A stretch of 64,000 bases of DNA from Octopus sinensis (GCF_006345805.1 NC_042999.1:2480001-2544000); one strand, 5' to 3'. Counted from the first letter of the stretch, positions 37,309 to 51,568 are shown. Translations and numbers: made by a program. Notes: generated by a model from the sequence alone, not told the origin.

Positions 37309-37655
37309 TGAAGGCGCATGGCTCAGTGGTTAGAGCGTCGAGCTTACGATCGTGAGGTTGTGAGCTCGAATCCCGGACCAGGCTGCATGTTGTGTTCTTG
37401 AGCAAGGCACTTTATTTCATGTTGCTCCAGTTCACTCAGCTGTAGAAATGAGTTGCGACGTCACTGGTGCCAAGCTGTATCGACCTTTGTCTTTCCCTTG
37501 GATAACACTGGTGGCGTGGAGAGGGGAGGCCGGTATGCATGGGCGACTGCTGGTCTTCCATAAAAAAACCTTGCCCAGACTTGTGCCTCAGAGGGTATCC
37601 CTCTAGGTGCAAACCCATGGTCAGTGCCTGACCGAAGGGGGTCTTTACCCCTTTA
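37309..37655 (+). mobile_element. tRNA-derived SINE
   Basis: tggctcagtggttagagc...gagctcgaatcccggacc followed by SINE body. Confidence 0.8.
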
Positions 37656-38079
37656 TTTATAAACATTTAAATGCGAATTAGAAATGAAAAAGAGGGTAGT
37701 TCACAGCAAGAGTACAAATATATAATTTATATTCTTTGGAATAATTTCACAATGACAATAAAATTACCCAACTGTACAAATGTATGCACATGCATACATA
37801 TATATATATATGTGTGCATGCACATACATGCATATACACATACACACATACATAAATACATCCATGTATACATACAGATGTGTAAACACACGCACATTGA
37901 CACTCACATGTGCACAAACAAACAAGCATAAAGAACACATTATTTACATTTGACAGGCATATGGCATAGTGGTTAGGAGTGCAATCTATCAACCCCAAGA
38001 TTCCAAGTTCAATTTCAGGCAGTGACCTGAATAATAATAATGATAATAATAACAGAAAAATACCTTAGGAATGAGAACC

Positions 38080-38114
38080 AAAGCCTTGTGAGTAGAAATT
38101 GAAAGAAGCTCATC

Positions 38115-38154
<40 letters not shown>

Positions 38155-38385
38155 GTAAATGTGTGTTTGTGTGTGTGTGTGTGTGTGTCTATATTTGCCC
38201 TCACCACAATCGCTTCACAACCACTGTAAACGCTGGTGTGTTTGCGTCCCTGTAACTTAGCGGTTCAGCAAGAAAGACTGATAGAATAAGTACTAGGCTT
38301 ACAAAGAATAAGTCTTGGGGTCGATTTGCTTGACTAAAGGTGGTGCTCCAGCATGGCTGCAGTCAAATGACTGAAACAAATGAAA
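38080..38385 (+). mobile_element. SINE family A, 5'-truncated
   Basis: ccaaagccttgtgagt...gactgaaacaaatgaaag. Confidence 0.75.
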
Positions 38386-38419
38386 GAATGTCTTTGTGTG
38401 TGTATGCATGTTATGCATT

Positions 38420-38995
38420 TCCACATTTTTCAACCGATTTTGCTCAAACTTGACACACTGATAGCTTATGCTCCAAGGGCAGTCATGACCTACTTTATAT
38501 TCTCCAGACCCCACCCCATCCCCTTATAACCAAAGACTGTGAATAACTGTTCAGGAAACTAGTTTTTTGCCCATAACTCCCTGGTTTTTCGAGCAATTTC
38601 CTCCAAATTTGACACGAACATTACTGATGACATAAGAATTGTTTTGCTTACAATTTTTGTCAAGGTCCTCTTCATTAATTGTAAAAAATCCATGAATAAC
38701 TGCGTAAAAGTAAGTTTTTTTGCCAATAACTTCCGCATTTTCCAATTAATTCCCTCCAAATTTGGCACAAACATTACTCATGCTTCAAGAATTGTTTTAA
38801 ATTTGTTTTTGTCAAGTCAGTTCACATTGAATGGGAAGAGCCTGTGAATAACTACATAAAATTCGTTTATTTTTTTTTGCCAGTAACTTCCACAGTTCCA
38901 AAACCAATTTGCTCCAGATTTGGCAAGAATATTACTCATGCTTAATTGATTGTTTTAAACCAATATTTTGTCAAGTTTATTCGCATTAAATTTGC
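38420..38995. repeat. Degenerate ~155 bp tandem repeat (4 units)
   Basis: Anchor (c/t)caaa(t/c)ttg(g/a)cac at ~38444, 38603, 38756 and 38914. Confidence 0.75.
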
Positions 38996-40744
38996 CATTC
39001 ACTGGATTAAATTTAGATTTTTGCTTACAACATCTACCATTTACTTACACGTCAAGGGTTGTGGGGCAGTTTTACCTTGCTTATTTGATCTATGTACATT
39101 AGTTTTACTTAACTAACTCCCCCTCCATTATCGCCTACAGTCGTGATGCCCCCCACTTCAGCACATATTCTCTTTAATTACCCTCTGCTCATGGTGTGAT
39201 GACATGAGGTGAACTGCGAGCATGACCTTTGACATATGGGCGTGAACACTATTAATGCACCCCCCCACTTTTTTGATCTGTGTACATTAGTGTTTGCTTA
39301 AACCCCACTCCCCCATTATTGCCTATGGCCATGATGCCCTGCCTCTTCAGCCTCTTATTTGCTTTTACCACCTCCTCAGTGTTTACTCACTTCCCCTCCT
39401 CCCTCATTATTTCTGACGATTATAAGGCCCTGTTTTCACCACCATTTTCCTTAATGACTTTATGTCTATGGTCTACCAATTAGGGATGAGCAGTGAACAT
39501 GACCTTTGACCTATGCATGTGATCACTATTGATTGTCCACTGTAATGAATCCGTCCAATTAACTCTTTAACTGAATTTCATTGGTGGAACACTGTTCACC
39601 TGATCATGCCAGTGTCAAATCATAATTATTGATGCACTTTTGAGCATATCTGATACGTGCTTCGGCTTAAAGGTTAGGCCTACCATTTGACGTACATTAT
39701 TACTCGAACTTCATACTTCCTGTTGAAATTCTTCATTGTCCTCATACTCAATTAAGTTATCTCCTTCATACTGTTGCCACCTACCAGTTTTTAACTTATG
39801 TGTTGTTAAAAAATATTGTATTCCATGTCTTTGTGTTCACATAGTTAACTGTCCCTGCGTCCACCTTTTTAGTAGGTTTACTTTTTATACATCATACCAA
39901 ATTTGTTTTTCTGTGTTCCGTTTTTCCCCTTTTTTAAAACTCGCAATTTAAACATAGTCCATCACTACCGCCATGCCACCTAAGAAAAGAACGCACTTTG
40001 GTCATAAAATAGAGTGGGACTAAACCTGGAACCACGTTGTTGGGAAGCAAGCTTCTTACCACACAGTCACTCCTGCACCTACAGGAGTTGACTACTTTGA
40101 CCCAAGTGCATGACACATACTTATATTATCAACCCTGGAAGAATGAAATGCAAAATCTTCATCTGTGAAATTCGAACTGAGAATGGAGAACGCCAGAAGA
40201 AATTCCACTGAAAGCTTTGTCCCATGCACAAACCATTCTAATGGCTTGCAACCTTGTAGAAATAAAATAATGCAACTATACTGTTATCAGTTCTGAAATA
40301 AAACTATTTTAATGCATGTTTCATCAAGAATTCAAACCTTTTTTTTTTTTTTTTTTTCAGAAAAAAGGAAAACTGCATTAAAAAGATGGTAATAGCATTC
40401 TTTAAATTTTGGTATTGCTTTTTCCTAGAATATTATTACCAACTCAAGGCTCACCTCAAAGATAAAATTCCTATGGCAGGCAACACTTTTTCTACATTAA
40501 AAGGCAATGTTCAAACATAAAAATTTGGATTTACATTGAGAAGATTAGAGGATCTATTAGGCTTTCTTGTGTGTTTCTTTCTTTAAATATAATTAAGAGG
40601 ATTTAGAATTTAATTATTTTTTTGGGGTGATGGTGAAATAAATAAACAGTATTCTAACATGCTCATCACATCATTTCAACAGAGGTTCCTTTAATGTAAT
40701 TAATTTCAATAAAATAATTTCAAGAATTTTTATTACCTCTGCAA

Positions 40745-41670
40745 GCGTGGTAGTGTGGTTAAGAAGCTCGCTTTGCAACCACATGGTCTCAGGTTCAGTC
40801 CCACTGCACAGCACCTTGGGCATGTGTTTTCTTTTATAGGATTAGGCCAACCATTGCCATGGGAATAAACTTGGTATTCTTTCAATCTATCATTCTTTCA
40901 GTCATTTGTCTGCAGCCATGCTGGAGCACTGCTGTTCATCAAATAAAACAATCTCAGGACTTATTCTTTGTAAGCCTAGTATTTATTCTATCGGTCTCTT
41001 TTACTGAACTGCTAAGTTATGGGCTAACAAACCCAGCAACATCAGTCGTCAAGCGATGGTGGGGAGAAAAAGAGACACAAACATATACATATATATATAC
41101 AACAGGCTTCTTTCAGCTTCCATTAACAAAGCTTCGGTTGGCCCAAGACTATAGCAGACCACATTTGCCATGCAGTGGGACTGAACCTGGAACCATGAGG
41201 TTGGGAAGCAAGCTTCTTACCACATAGCCATGACCGAGCCTACACAGCCATACCTGTAAAAACTGTTTAGAATTCCAGCATGACTGTGTCGTAAGAGGCT
41301 TGCTTCACAACCACATGGTTCCAGGTTCAGTCCCACTGCATCGCTCTTTGGGCAAGTGTCTTCCACTATAGACTTGGGCCAACCAAAGCCTTGTGTGTGG
41401 ATTTGGTAGACGGAAACTGAAAGAAGCCCATCATATGTGTGTGTGTGTGTGTGTGTACGTGTGTATTTGTGTGTCTGTGTTTGTCCCCTAACATCGCTTG
41501 ACACAGATGCTGGTGTGTTTATTTCCCCGTAATCTAGTGGTTTAACAAAACAGACTGATAGAATAAGTAATAGGCTTACAAACAATAAGTCCTGGGGTTG
41601 ACTTGTTCGACTAAAGGTGGTGCTCCAGCATGGCCACAGTCAAAATGACTGAAACAAGTAAACAAGTTAA
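40745..41670. mobile_element. Cluster of SINE family A copies in alternating orientation (+ head 40745-40860, - 40880-41260, + 41275-41665)
   Basis: Consensus matches on both strands. Confidence 0.8.
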
Positions 41671-41984
41671 AGAGTATAGAGTAAAAGTTCATAACACACT
41701 GCCTTCTCAGCAACATCTGGATGTATATATATGTTTTGGCTGCACTTTAACTCCCTTCCTCCATCAAATCAACAGTACCAGAAACAGGTGTAAAGCATCT
41801 CACACATCAGGTGTCGAAGTGATCACAGAGCAACATGGGACAAAATTCTTTATCTAAGACCACAATGTATCAACTGGTTCAGGAGTTGAAACTACAATCT
41901 CATGACCATGAGCACAACACCCTAACCACCAGGCTATGCAACATCAAAGACTGAGACAGAAAAACATCCCACATTATACATGGT

Positions 41985-43528
41985 AGTGGCTAGGTGGCAG
42001 GATCGTTATCACGCCGGGCGAAATATATAGCGGTATTTCATCTGCCATTACGTTCTGAGTTCAAATTCCACTGATGTTGACCTTGCCTTTCATCCTTTCT
42101 GGGTCGATTAGATAAGTACCAGTTATGCACTGGGGTCGATATAATCGACTTCATCCATTTGTCTGTCCTTGTTTGTCTCTTCTATGTTTAGCCTCTTGTG
42201 GGCAGTAAAGAAATAAGAAATAAGAAACGTTAGCATGTCGGGCAAAATGCTTAGATAAGTACCAGTTATGCACTGGGGTCGATATAATCGACTTCATCCA
42301 TTTGTCTGTCCTTGTTTGTCTCTGCTATGTTTAGCCTCTTGTGGGCAATAAAGAAATAAGAAATAAGAAACGTTAGCATGTCGGGCAAAATGCTTAGTGT
42401 TATATCGTCTGTCTTTACATTCTGAGTTCAAATTCTGCTGAGGTCGACTTTGCCTTTCATCCTTTCGGGATCGATTAAATAAGTACCAGTTATGCATTGG
42501 GATCGATATAATTGACTTAATCCCTTTGTCTGTCCTTGTTTGTCTCTGCTATGTTTAGCCTCTTGTGGACAATAAAGAAATAAGAAATAAGAAACGTTAG
42601 CATGTCGGGCAAAATGCTTAGATAAGTACCAGTTATGCACTGGGGTTGATATAATCGACTTCATCCATTTGTCTGTCCTTGTTTGTCTCTGCTATGTTTA
42701 GCCTCTTGTGGGCAATAAAGAAATAAGAAATAAGAAACGTTAGCATGTCGGGCAAAATGCTTAGATAAGTACCAGTTATGCACTGGGGTCGATATAATCG
42801 ACTTCATCCATTTGTCTGTCCTTGTTTGTCTCTGCTATGTTTAACCTCTTCTGGGCAATAAAGAAATAAGAAATAAGAAACGTTAGCATGTCGGGCAAAA
42901 TGCTTAGTGTTATATCGTCTGTCTTTACATTCTGAGTTCAAATTCTGCTGAGGTCGACTTTGCCTTTCATCCTTTCGGGATCGATTAAATAAGTACCAGT
43001 TATGCATTGGGGTCGATATAATTGACTTAATCCCTTTGTCTGTCCTTGTTTGTCCCATCTATGTTTAGTCCCTCGTGGGCAATAAAGAAATAAGAAACGT
43101 TAGCATGTCGGGCGAAATGCTTAATGGTATTTCATCTGCCGTTACGTTCTAAGTTCAAATTCCACCGATGTCAACTTTGCCTTTCATCCTTTCTGGGTCG
43201 ATTAAATAAGTACCAGTTACGCACTGGGGTCGATGTAATCGACTTAATCCATTTGTCTGTAATCGTTTGTCCCTTCTATGTTTAGTCCCTTGTGGGCAGT
43301 AAAGAAATAAAAAACATTAGCATGTCGGGCAAAATGCTTAGTGTTATATTGTCTGTCGTTACATTCTGAGTTCAAATTCTGCTGAGGTTGACTTTGCCTT
43401 TCATCCTTTCGGGCTCGATTAAATAAGTACCAGTTATGCACTGGGGGTCGATGTAATTGACTTAATTCCTTTGTCTGTCCTTCTTTGTCCCATCTATGTT
43501 TAGCATCTCGTGGGCAGTAAAGAAATAT
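41985..43528 (+). repeat. Tandem array of 8 SINE family B-derived units (full 217-240 bp and deleted 143 bp)
   Basis: Unit starts at ~41990, 42224, 42367, 42591, 42734, 42877, 43094 and 43311. Confidence 0.92.
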
Positions 43529-43807
43529 AAAAAACATCCCATATTATACTTGGTTGTCCCATATTATACATGGTTGTCCCATATTATACATGGTCATCCA
43601 TGAAGTGCAAGTAAAAATGAAGCAGATTACAATGACATCTTTATGCATTTAAGCACTTGTCATTTATGTCTCAGCCATTAATGTGGCATGAATTAATGCA
43701 TTTTCTGTTTTAACTTTCTCCACGTGTGGTGAATCTCCAGAGATATTTATCATACCCTGTAATTTACTAAATACCAGAGGCACTGTAAATTAACATTATT
43801 ATTGCTT

Positions 43808-43873
<66 letters not shown>

Positions 43874-44049
43874 ATATATTTGTATTCTCCTCTATAAACA
43901 ATCGCAATCAGCCTGCAATAACTTATTTAGCAAGCAATTTATCACTAAGCAGAAGTAATTTTATTTGGAAGGAAACATTATTTTCTTAAGTGGTTAAGAT
44001 GAATCAGAAAACTATATCTAAACTAACTCCAATTTATATAAATTCTTTA

Positions 44050-45010
<961 letters not shown>

Positions 45011-46274
45011 CGTGTGTATGTAGTCAGTGTATATAATTTATAATGCTTTTTTCATGAATGCTTGTAGTTTGAATTGTCAGACAATAATTGCACCAAAAAT
45101 ATGAAGATTTTATATTTTATTCATGATTTTATTCATTGGAGAGGAACTCATCATTTATTCCATTACATTATTCGAAATTAAAATGGGCAAAATTTAATCC
45201 AATTTTCTGTTTTAGGTGCAGGTTTTAATTTGTTATTTCCACTGTTCACCCCTTCTTTTCTTTCAATGTTGTCGCTTTATTGTGATTTCATTTTAATATA
45301 TAATGGTCTGTAAGGCAGCAAGCTGGTAGAATCGGTAGAACACCAGACAAAATGATTAGCAGCATTTTGTCGCTATTTATGTTCTGAGTTCAAATTCTGC
45401 AAAGGTCAACCTTGTCATTTATTCTTTTTGGATTGATAAAATAAGTACCAGTTAAGTACTGAGGTCGATGTAAATCACCTTACCCTCATCTCCAAAATTA
45501 CTGCCCTTGTGCCAAAATTTGGAACCATAGTTCTGTATACTCAACTGATCTATTGATCAACTAAGATAAATTGAGCAACCACATGGGCTCTAACAATGAG
45601 AGCATTTGTTAACCCATGTATACCCCAGGTTGTATTTTCACAACACAAAACCTGCTTCTACTTGTTTGGATTTGAACTCGTTGGGAAGTACCTGAACGAA
45701 CATTTGAAATGTTCAGAAGGTAGTCAACACCGTAGCTAACAGTTGCATACTGTCCTTCCCTTCTAGATTGTGAAAGCTTACCATCATGTTTAATCTTTTA
45801 GATGGTGTTCATATCAGGGTTGTGGAGTCATTTAAAGGTTGACTCCTTCAGAAGGCTGTAATATCATTTGATAGGAACATGGTACAAAGAAATATATAGA
45901 ACAAGGCTGTAACTTTAAATACCTTTACTCGAGGTCTCAAACATATACAACTGAACAATAAAGAAAAGAATCGAGGCCATGTTCATCTTCTGTGTACTAC
46001 CTCAGGTCTGCTAGCTGGCCTGAGTTGTAAGAGAGCCAACTAGATCATGCCTTTGCTCTCTGATGTCTAGATGCAAAAAGATTTCTCAAGGCCGCCTGAC
46101 AAGAATTTCACTGCTCAAGCGCCATCTAATGCAAGCTTGTTTAAGCCTGCTGTCAAGGGAGATAACTGCACCTACAATCTAAATACAGTGAAATTTTTTA
46201 TGAGCAATTATGGGTAAAGGTTGTTCAGCATTTTTCAGTCAATCAATACAGTGATTCAATAAACTTAACCATAG

Positions 46275-47395
46275 GTTCTGGGGTTCAATCCCACTGCGTG
46301 GCACCTTGGACAAGTGTCTTCTACTATTGCCTTGGGCTGACCAAATCCTTGTGAGTGAATTTGGTAGATGGAAACTGAAAAAAGCCAGTCACATATGTGT
46401 GTGTGTGGGTGGGTTTGTCACCCCACCATCGCTTGACAACCGATGTTGGTGTGTTTATGTTCCCTTAACTAGCAGTTTGGCAGAAGAAACCAATGGAATA
46501 AGTACTAGGCTTACAACAAATAAGTTCTGGGGTCAATTTGTTTCACTACAAGGTGGTGCTCCTGCATGGCCGCAGTCAAATGACTGAAACAAGTAAAAAA
46601 CAGAAAGAAAAATGAATGCCCCCATAAAATATAACAGAAACAGCTGTAAGACAAAAATGCACGTGTGATAAGTAGTTTGCTTCCCAACCACATGGTTTCA
46701 GGTTCAGTCCCACTGCATGGCACCTTAGGCAGGTGTCTTCTACTATAACCTCAGGCCAACCAAAGCCTTGTAAGTGGATTTTCTAGACAGAAACTGAAAA
46801 GAAGCCCATTGTATATGTAGTTATATATATACGTGTGTATGTGGTGTATATGTTTGTGACTGTGTTTGTACCCCCACCACTGCTTGACAATTGATGTTGG
46901 TGTATTTACGTCCCCTTAACTTAGCGGTTCAGCAAAAGAGACCGATAGAATAAGTATTAGGCTTACAAAGAATCAGTCCTGGGGTTGGTTTGTTCGACAA
47001 AAGGTGGTACTCCAGCATGGCCGCAGTCAAAAATGACTGAAACGGATAAAAGAAAATAAAGAAACATGCACAGCCCATAATTTTTGCCATTTCTTGCTCA
47101 TAACTCTGTGAAAGAGACCAGTATAATTGGGGAATGCAACCATGGATTTATACTCCCTCTTTACTCTTTACTCTTTTAATTGTTTCAGTCATGTGACTGT
47201 GGCCATGCAGGAGCACTGCCTTTAGTCGAGCAAATCAACCCGAGGACTTATTCTTTGTAAGCCTAGTACTTATTCTTTTGGTCTCTTTTGCTGAACCGCT
47301 AAGTTACGGGGACGTAAACACACCAGCATCGGTTGTCAAGCAATGTTGGGGGGACAAACACACACACACAAACATATACACACACACATACATAC

Positions 47396-47461
<66 letters not shown>

Positions 47462-47600
47462 GACAGTCTACTTTCAATTTCCATCTACCAAATCCACTCA
47501 CAAGGTAGAAGACACTTGCCCAAGGTGCCATGCTGTGGGACTGAACCCAGAACCATGTGGTTGGTAAGCAAGCTACTTACCACACAGCCACTCCTACACC
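46275..47600. mobile_element. Three SINE family A copies (+46275-46600, +46660-47050, -47155-47600)
   Basis: Consensus matches; the last two are tail to tail, ~100 bp apart. Confidence 0.85.
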
Positions 47601-47689
47601 TACGATTGACTTACAAGAACGTAATTGTGGCTGTTGCTGATAGCATGATCTTCAAATTTTGGGCCACACAGAGGCAATGACAAGTGAGT

Positions 47690-47999
47690 GATACTTTGGT
47701 GGTATGCTGTGCTTGAAAAGACTCGTCAAGCCAAGTGAAACCATAGTTATGGCTGTTGCCAGTGTCATTTAAATGGCACCCATGGAATCACAGTCGTGAC
47801 CATTGCTGGTGTCATGTAAATTTCATCCAAGCTGGTGGCACATAAAAAGCACCCATTACACCCTTGGAGTGATTGGCATTAGGAAGGGCATCCAGCCATA
47901 GAAACCATGCCAAATTAGCCTGGAACTTGGTGCAGCTGTCCAGTTTACCAGTTCCAGTCTGACCATCCAACCGATGCCAGCATGGAAAGCAGATATTAA

Positions 48000-48030
<31 letters not shown>
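47690..48030 (+). mobile_element. SINE family C
   Basis: ...ggaagggcatccagccatagaaacc...gatattaaatgatgatgat. Confidence 0.75.
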
Positions 48031-48399
48031 CTGGGGATGGGCTTCAACTTCGGATCTTGTCTTGGGATTGCCTGGAATTCTACACCAAATTGAAACCTTT
48101 TGTTATCCTTGTGTATTTGTATTAACGATGGGCTTGTGAAGAATTTTGCCGAGATTGATAATTCCTTATTAATAATTCTTGTATATATGTATATATAAAT
48201 ATACACACATATACATATAAACAGATAGACATAGATATAGACATGCAGTATATTACATATGGTAAATAAATTATCTATTTTAATTAATAATATTATGAAG
48301 GAAAGTAATTACTGTGTTTTTAATTGCAAAAAGAAAAAAAATGTAATCTATGTAATGCAATAACAATGATAGCAATAGACAAACCACATCACAGACATG

Positions 48400-48800
48400 A
48401 ACGTCGCATTCATCAGCGCCCCTTTGGGTGGCACCAATGTCACTAGTGTCATAGTCATCCTCCTCCTCCTCTCTTCCTCTGCCTCTTCCTCCTCTTACTC
48501 CTCCTACTCCACTTCTTCCTCCGCCACACCTACTTTTTCACTTTGACTTTGGCATGACCACTACCACCACCACCACCAACAGCAGCAGCAACAACACCAT
48601 CGATGATGTCACCACCACCAACACTACCTCCGTCACTACCATCACTACCACACCACCAACAACAACAATACCAAAATCACCATCAACGATGCCACCACCA
48701 CCACCACCACCATACACTCTCATCGCCACCACCACCATCAGCACAGTCACAAGCTCCACCACCACAACCATCATCACCATCATCATCACAGTTGCTCTTC
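48400..48800. repeat. (CCT)/(ACC)/(CAT) low-complexity tract
   Basis: Direct inspection. Confidence 0.85.
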
Positions 48801-48968
48801 GGAAAGATACTCTTTTCACTCTTGTATAAAATAAATGAAATTCATCTCTGGAAGAATACGGAATCGAATATTTGGACTTAATTAGCTAATTTGATGTTTG
48901 TGTATGCATACATACATGTGTAAGTGTGTGTGTGTATGCCTGTAAGTGTGTGTGTGTGTGTGTGTGTG

Positions 48969-49193
48969 TGGCGAGCTGGCAGAAACGTTAGCACGCCGGG
49001 TGAAATACGTAACCGTATTTCGTCTGTCGTTACGTCCCGAGTTCAAATTCCGCCGAGGTCGACTTTGCCTTTCATCCTTTCGGGGTCGATAAATTAAGTA
49101 CCAGTTACGCACTGGGGTCGATGTAATCGACTTAATCCGTTTGTCTGTCCTTGTTTGTCCCCTCGGTGTTTAGCCCCTTGTGGGTAGTAAAAG

Positions 49194-49197
<4 letters not shown>
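48969..49197 (+). mobile_element. SINE family B, near-consensus copy
   Basis: ggcgagctggcagaaacgttagcacgccggg...gtgggtagtaaaagaaata. Confidence 0.9.
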
Positions 49198-49230
<33 letters not shown>

Positions 49231-49597
49231 TGTGTGGTCAGAAGTGCTTGCTTCCCAACCACATGGTTTTGGGTTCAGTCCCACAGTGTGTCACTTTGGG
49301 CAATCATGCTGACCAAAGTGGATTTGGTAGTCGGAAACTGAAAGAAGCCCATCATATTAGGTTAAGTTATATTTGTGAAATACAGTTGCTTTGAATTTGC
49401 TTCAGAAAGGGGTCTATGTTTGTGATAATTGGTTGGGGTGGAGGTGCTAGGATTGAGGCCTAGGTGTCAAGGGGGCAGCAGCCTGAAAAAGTTTGCAAAG
49501 CACTGTTTTAAAGCAAATGGGGGCGTAAATCAGAGAATCGTACCTATTCGTTTAGATCACAAGTGAACTAAACCCCTCATATTCTACACACGCATAT

Positions 49598-49704
<107 letters not shown>

Positions 49705-49944
49705 TATATATGTATATGTATATATATGTATGCATGTATTTAATAGTAAGCATGGCCATGACTGTGTGATTAAGAAGTTCTCTTCCAACCATTTAATTTC
49801 AGGTTCAGTTCCACTCACCATGTGACCCCTTTGACATGTGTCGAAGGTGCCTTGACCTAACCAAAGCATTGTGAGTGGATTTGGTAGATGGAAATATGTC
49901 AGGCCCTGGGGAGATATTACTATGTTTAGAAAGAGGTAGCATTC

Positions 49945-50575
49945 TGCTTACTTACACCAGGATGTTACGTGCAGTGCTCAGCATCTCTTGGAGGAAGCAT
50001 CCAACAAAACAACGTTTATATGGGAAATGTACCAACTTTCTCATCAACCATCCAAGAGCAGAGAATGAGGTTTGTTGGCCATTCTTGGAGAAGTAAAGAA
50101 GAACTTGTGTGTAATGTGTTGCTACAGACACCAAATCATGGTACCATGGAAGACCGATAGAATAAGTACTAGGCTTACAAAACATCAGTCCTGGGGTCGA
50201 CTTGTTCGACAACAGGTGGTACTCCAGCATGGCCACAGTCAAAAATGACTGAAACAGATAAAAGAAAATAAAGAAACATGCACAGCCCATAATTTTTGCT
50301 ATTTCTTGCTTATATCTCTGTGAAAGAGACCAGACTAACTGGGGAATGCAACCATGGATTTATACTCTCTCTTTACTCTTTTGCTTGTGACCATGCTGGA
50401 GCACTGCCTTTAGTCGAGCAAATCAACCCAGGACTTATTCTTTGTAAGCCTAGTACTTATTCTATCATTTCTCGTTTGCTGATGTTGGATGCCAAGTTGA
50501 AGACCTAAAATCGCTAATGGAAAATAAGGAGGGATGGAGAGAGGTAGACATGCGGGCCTGGGCAATCAGCCTGAC
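49945..50575 (+). mobile_element. RTE-clade LINE 3' fragment interrupted by a 316 bp insert (50151-50466)
   Basis: YTRMLRAVLSISWRKHPTKQRLYG...QRMRFVGHSWRSKEELV before the insert; ADVGCQVEDLKSLMENKEGWRE after it. Confidence 0.8.
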
Positions 50576-50635
50576 TGGATGATGCCTGAATAAAAAGAAC
50601 AAAATGAAAAAGGTAAAAATAGATGTAGGTTATCT

Positions 50636-50870
50636 TTTATTTCTTTATTGCCCACAAGGGGCTAAACATAGAGGGGACAAACACGGACAGAAAACGGGAT
50701 TAAGTCGATTAAATCGACCCCAGTGTGTAACTGGTACTTAATTTATAAACCCTGAATGGATGAAAGGCAAAGTCGACCTTGGCGGAATTTGAACTCAGAA
50801 CATAGTGGCAGACGAAATACCACTAAGCATTTCACCTGGCGTGCTAATGTTTCTGCCAGCTCACCGCCTT
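50636..50870 (-). mobile_element. SINE family B
   Basis: Reverse complement of the consensus. Confidence 0.85.
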
Positions 50871-51568
50871 ATAGATGTAGGTTTGTGACAGGAATGTCGT
50901 ATAATCATGGCAAAACCATCTCAATGAATTAATTCTGTCTGACCCTTGCACCTTGCATGCGTGTAAAAGTGGACGTTAATACAAAGATTATTATATGTGT
51001 GGTTTGAACTCAGAATAAAGATGATTATAGCTTACCTCTTTTACGCATTTTAATTCGGTGTTTCACTAATTCTGTATAAGCACAATTGTCTTCAAATATG
51101 AAAATTCTTTCTGCACAAAATATTACCATTTCAAGATCACCACACGAGAAAAGTGATATTAAGAGCTGGCATTAATATGCATAAAGCTGAAACAAAATTC
51201 ACTGTGGATTTTATCAGAAGAATATATCAAACATGAAGCAGAAAAACAATAAATGGAGATACATGTATATGGCATGAGAAAAACATGTATCATTATGTTA
51301 AGTTATTCCTATAAATTGACAAGGGAGCAGCATCAACTTGCTTGGAATTTGGTTTTGTTCCAATTAAATTGGATCGAAGCTGCATTTTGTTATTACCATA
51401 GTAGCATTAAAATATTTGAGAGTTTATCACATAAGCGCAAGCATGGCATTGTAAGCAAAGGCACGGCCATGTGGTAAAGAGATGTGCTTTGCAGCCATGG
51501 GGTTCTGGGTTCAATCCATTTGTGAGGCACCATATTTGTTACATATGTACAAAATGTACTATTATAAT

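Noticed and set aside
41985-43528. Regularly repeated array as a possible CRISPR
   Set aside because: Eukaryotic SINE-derived units of 143-240 bp with no unique spacers and no cas genes
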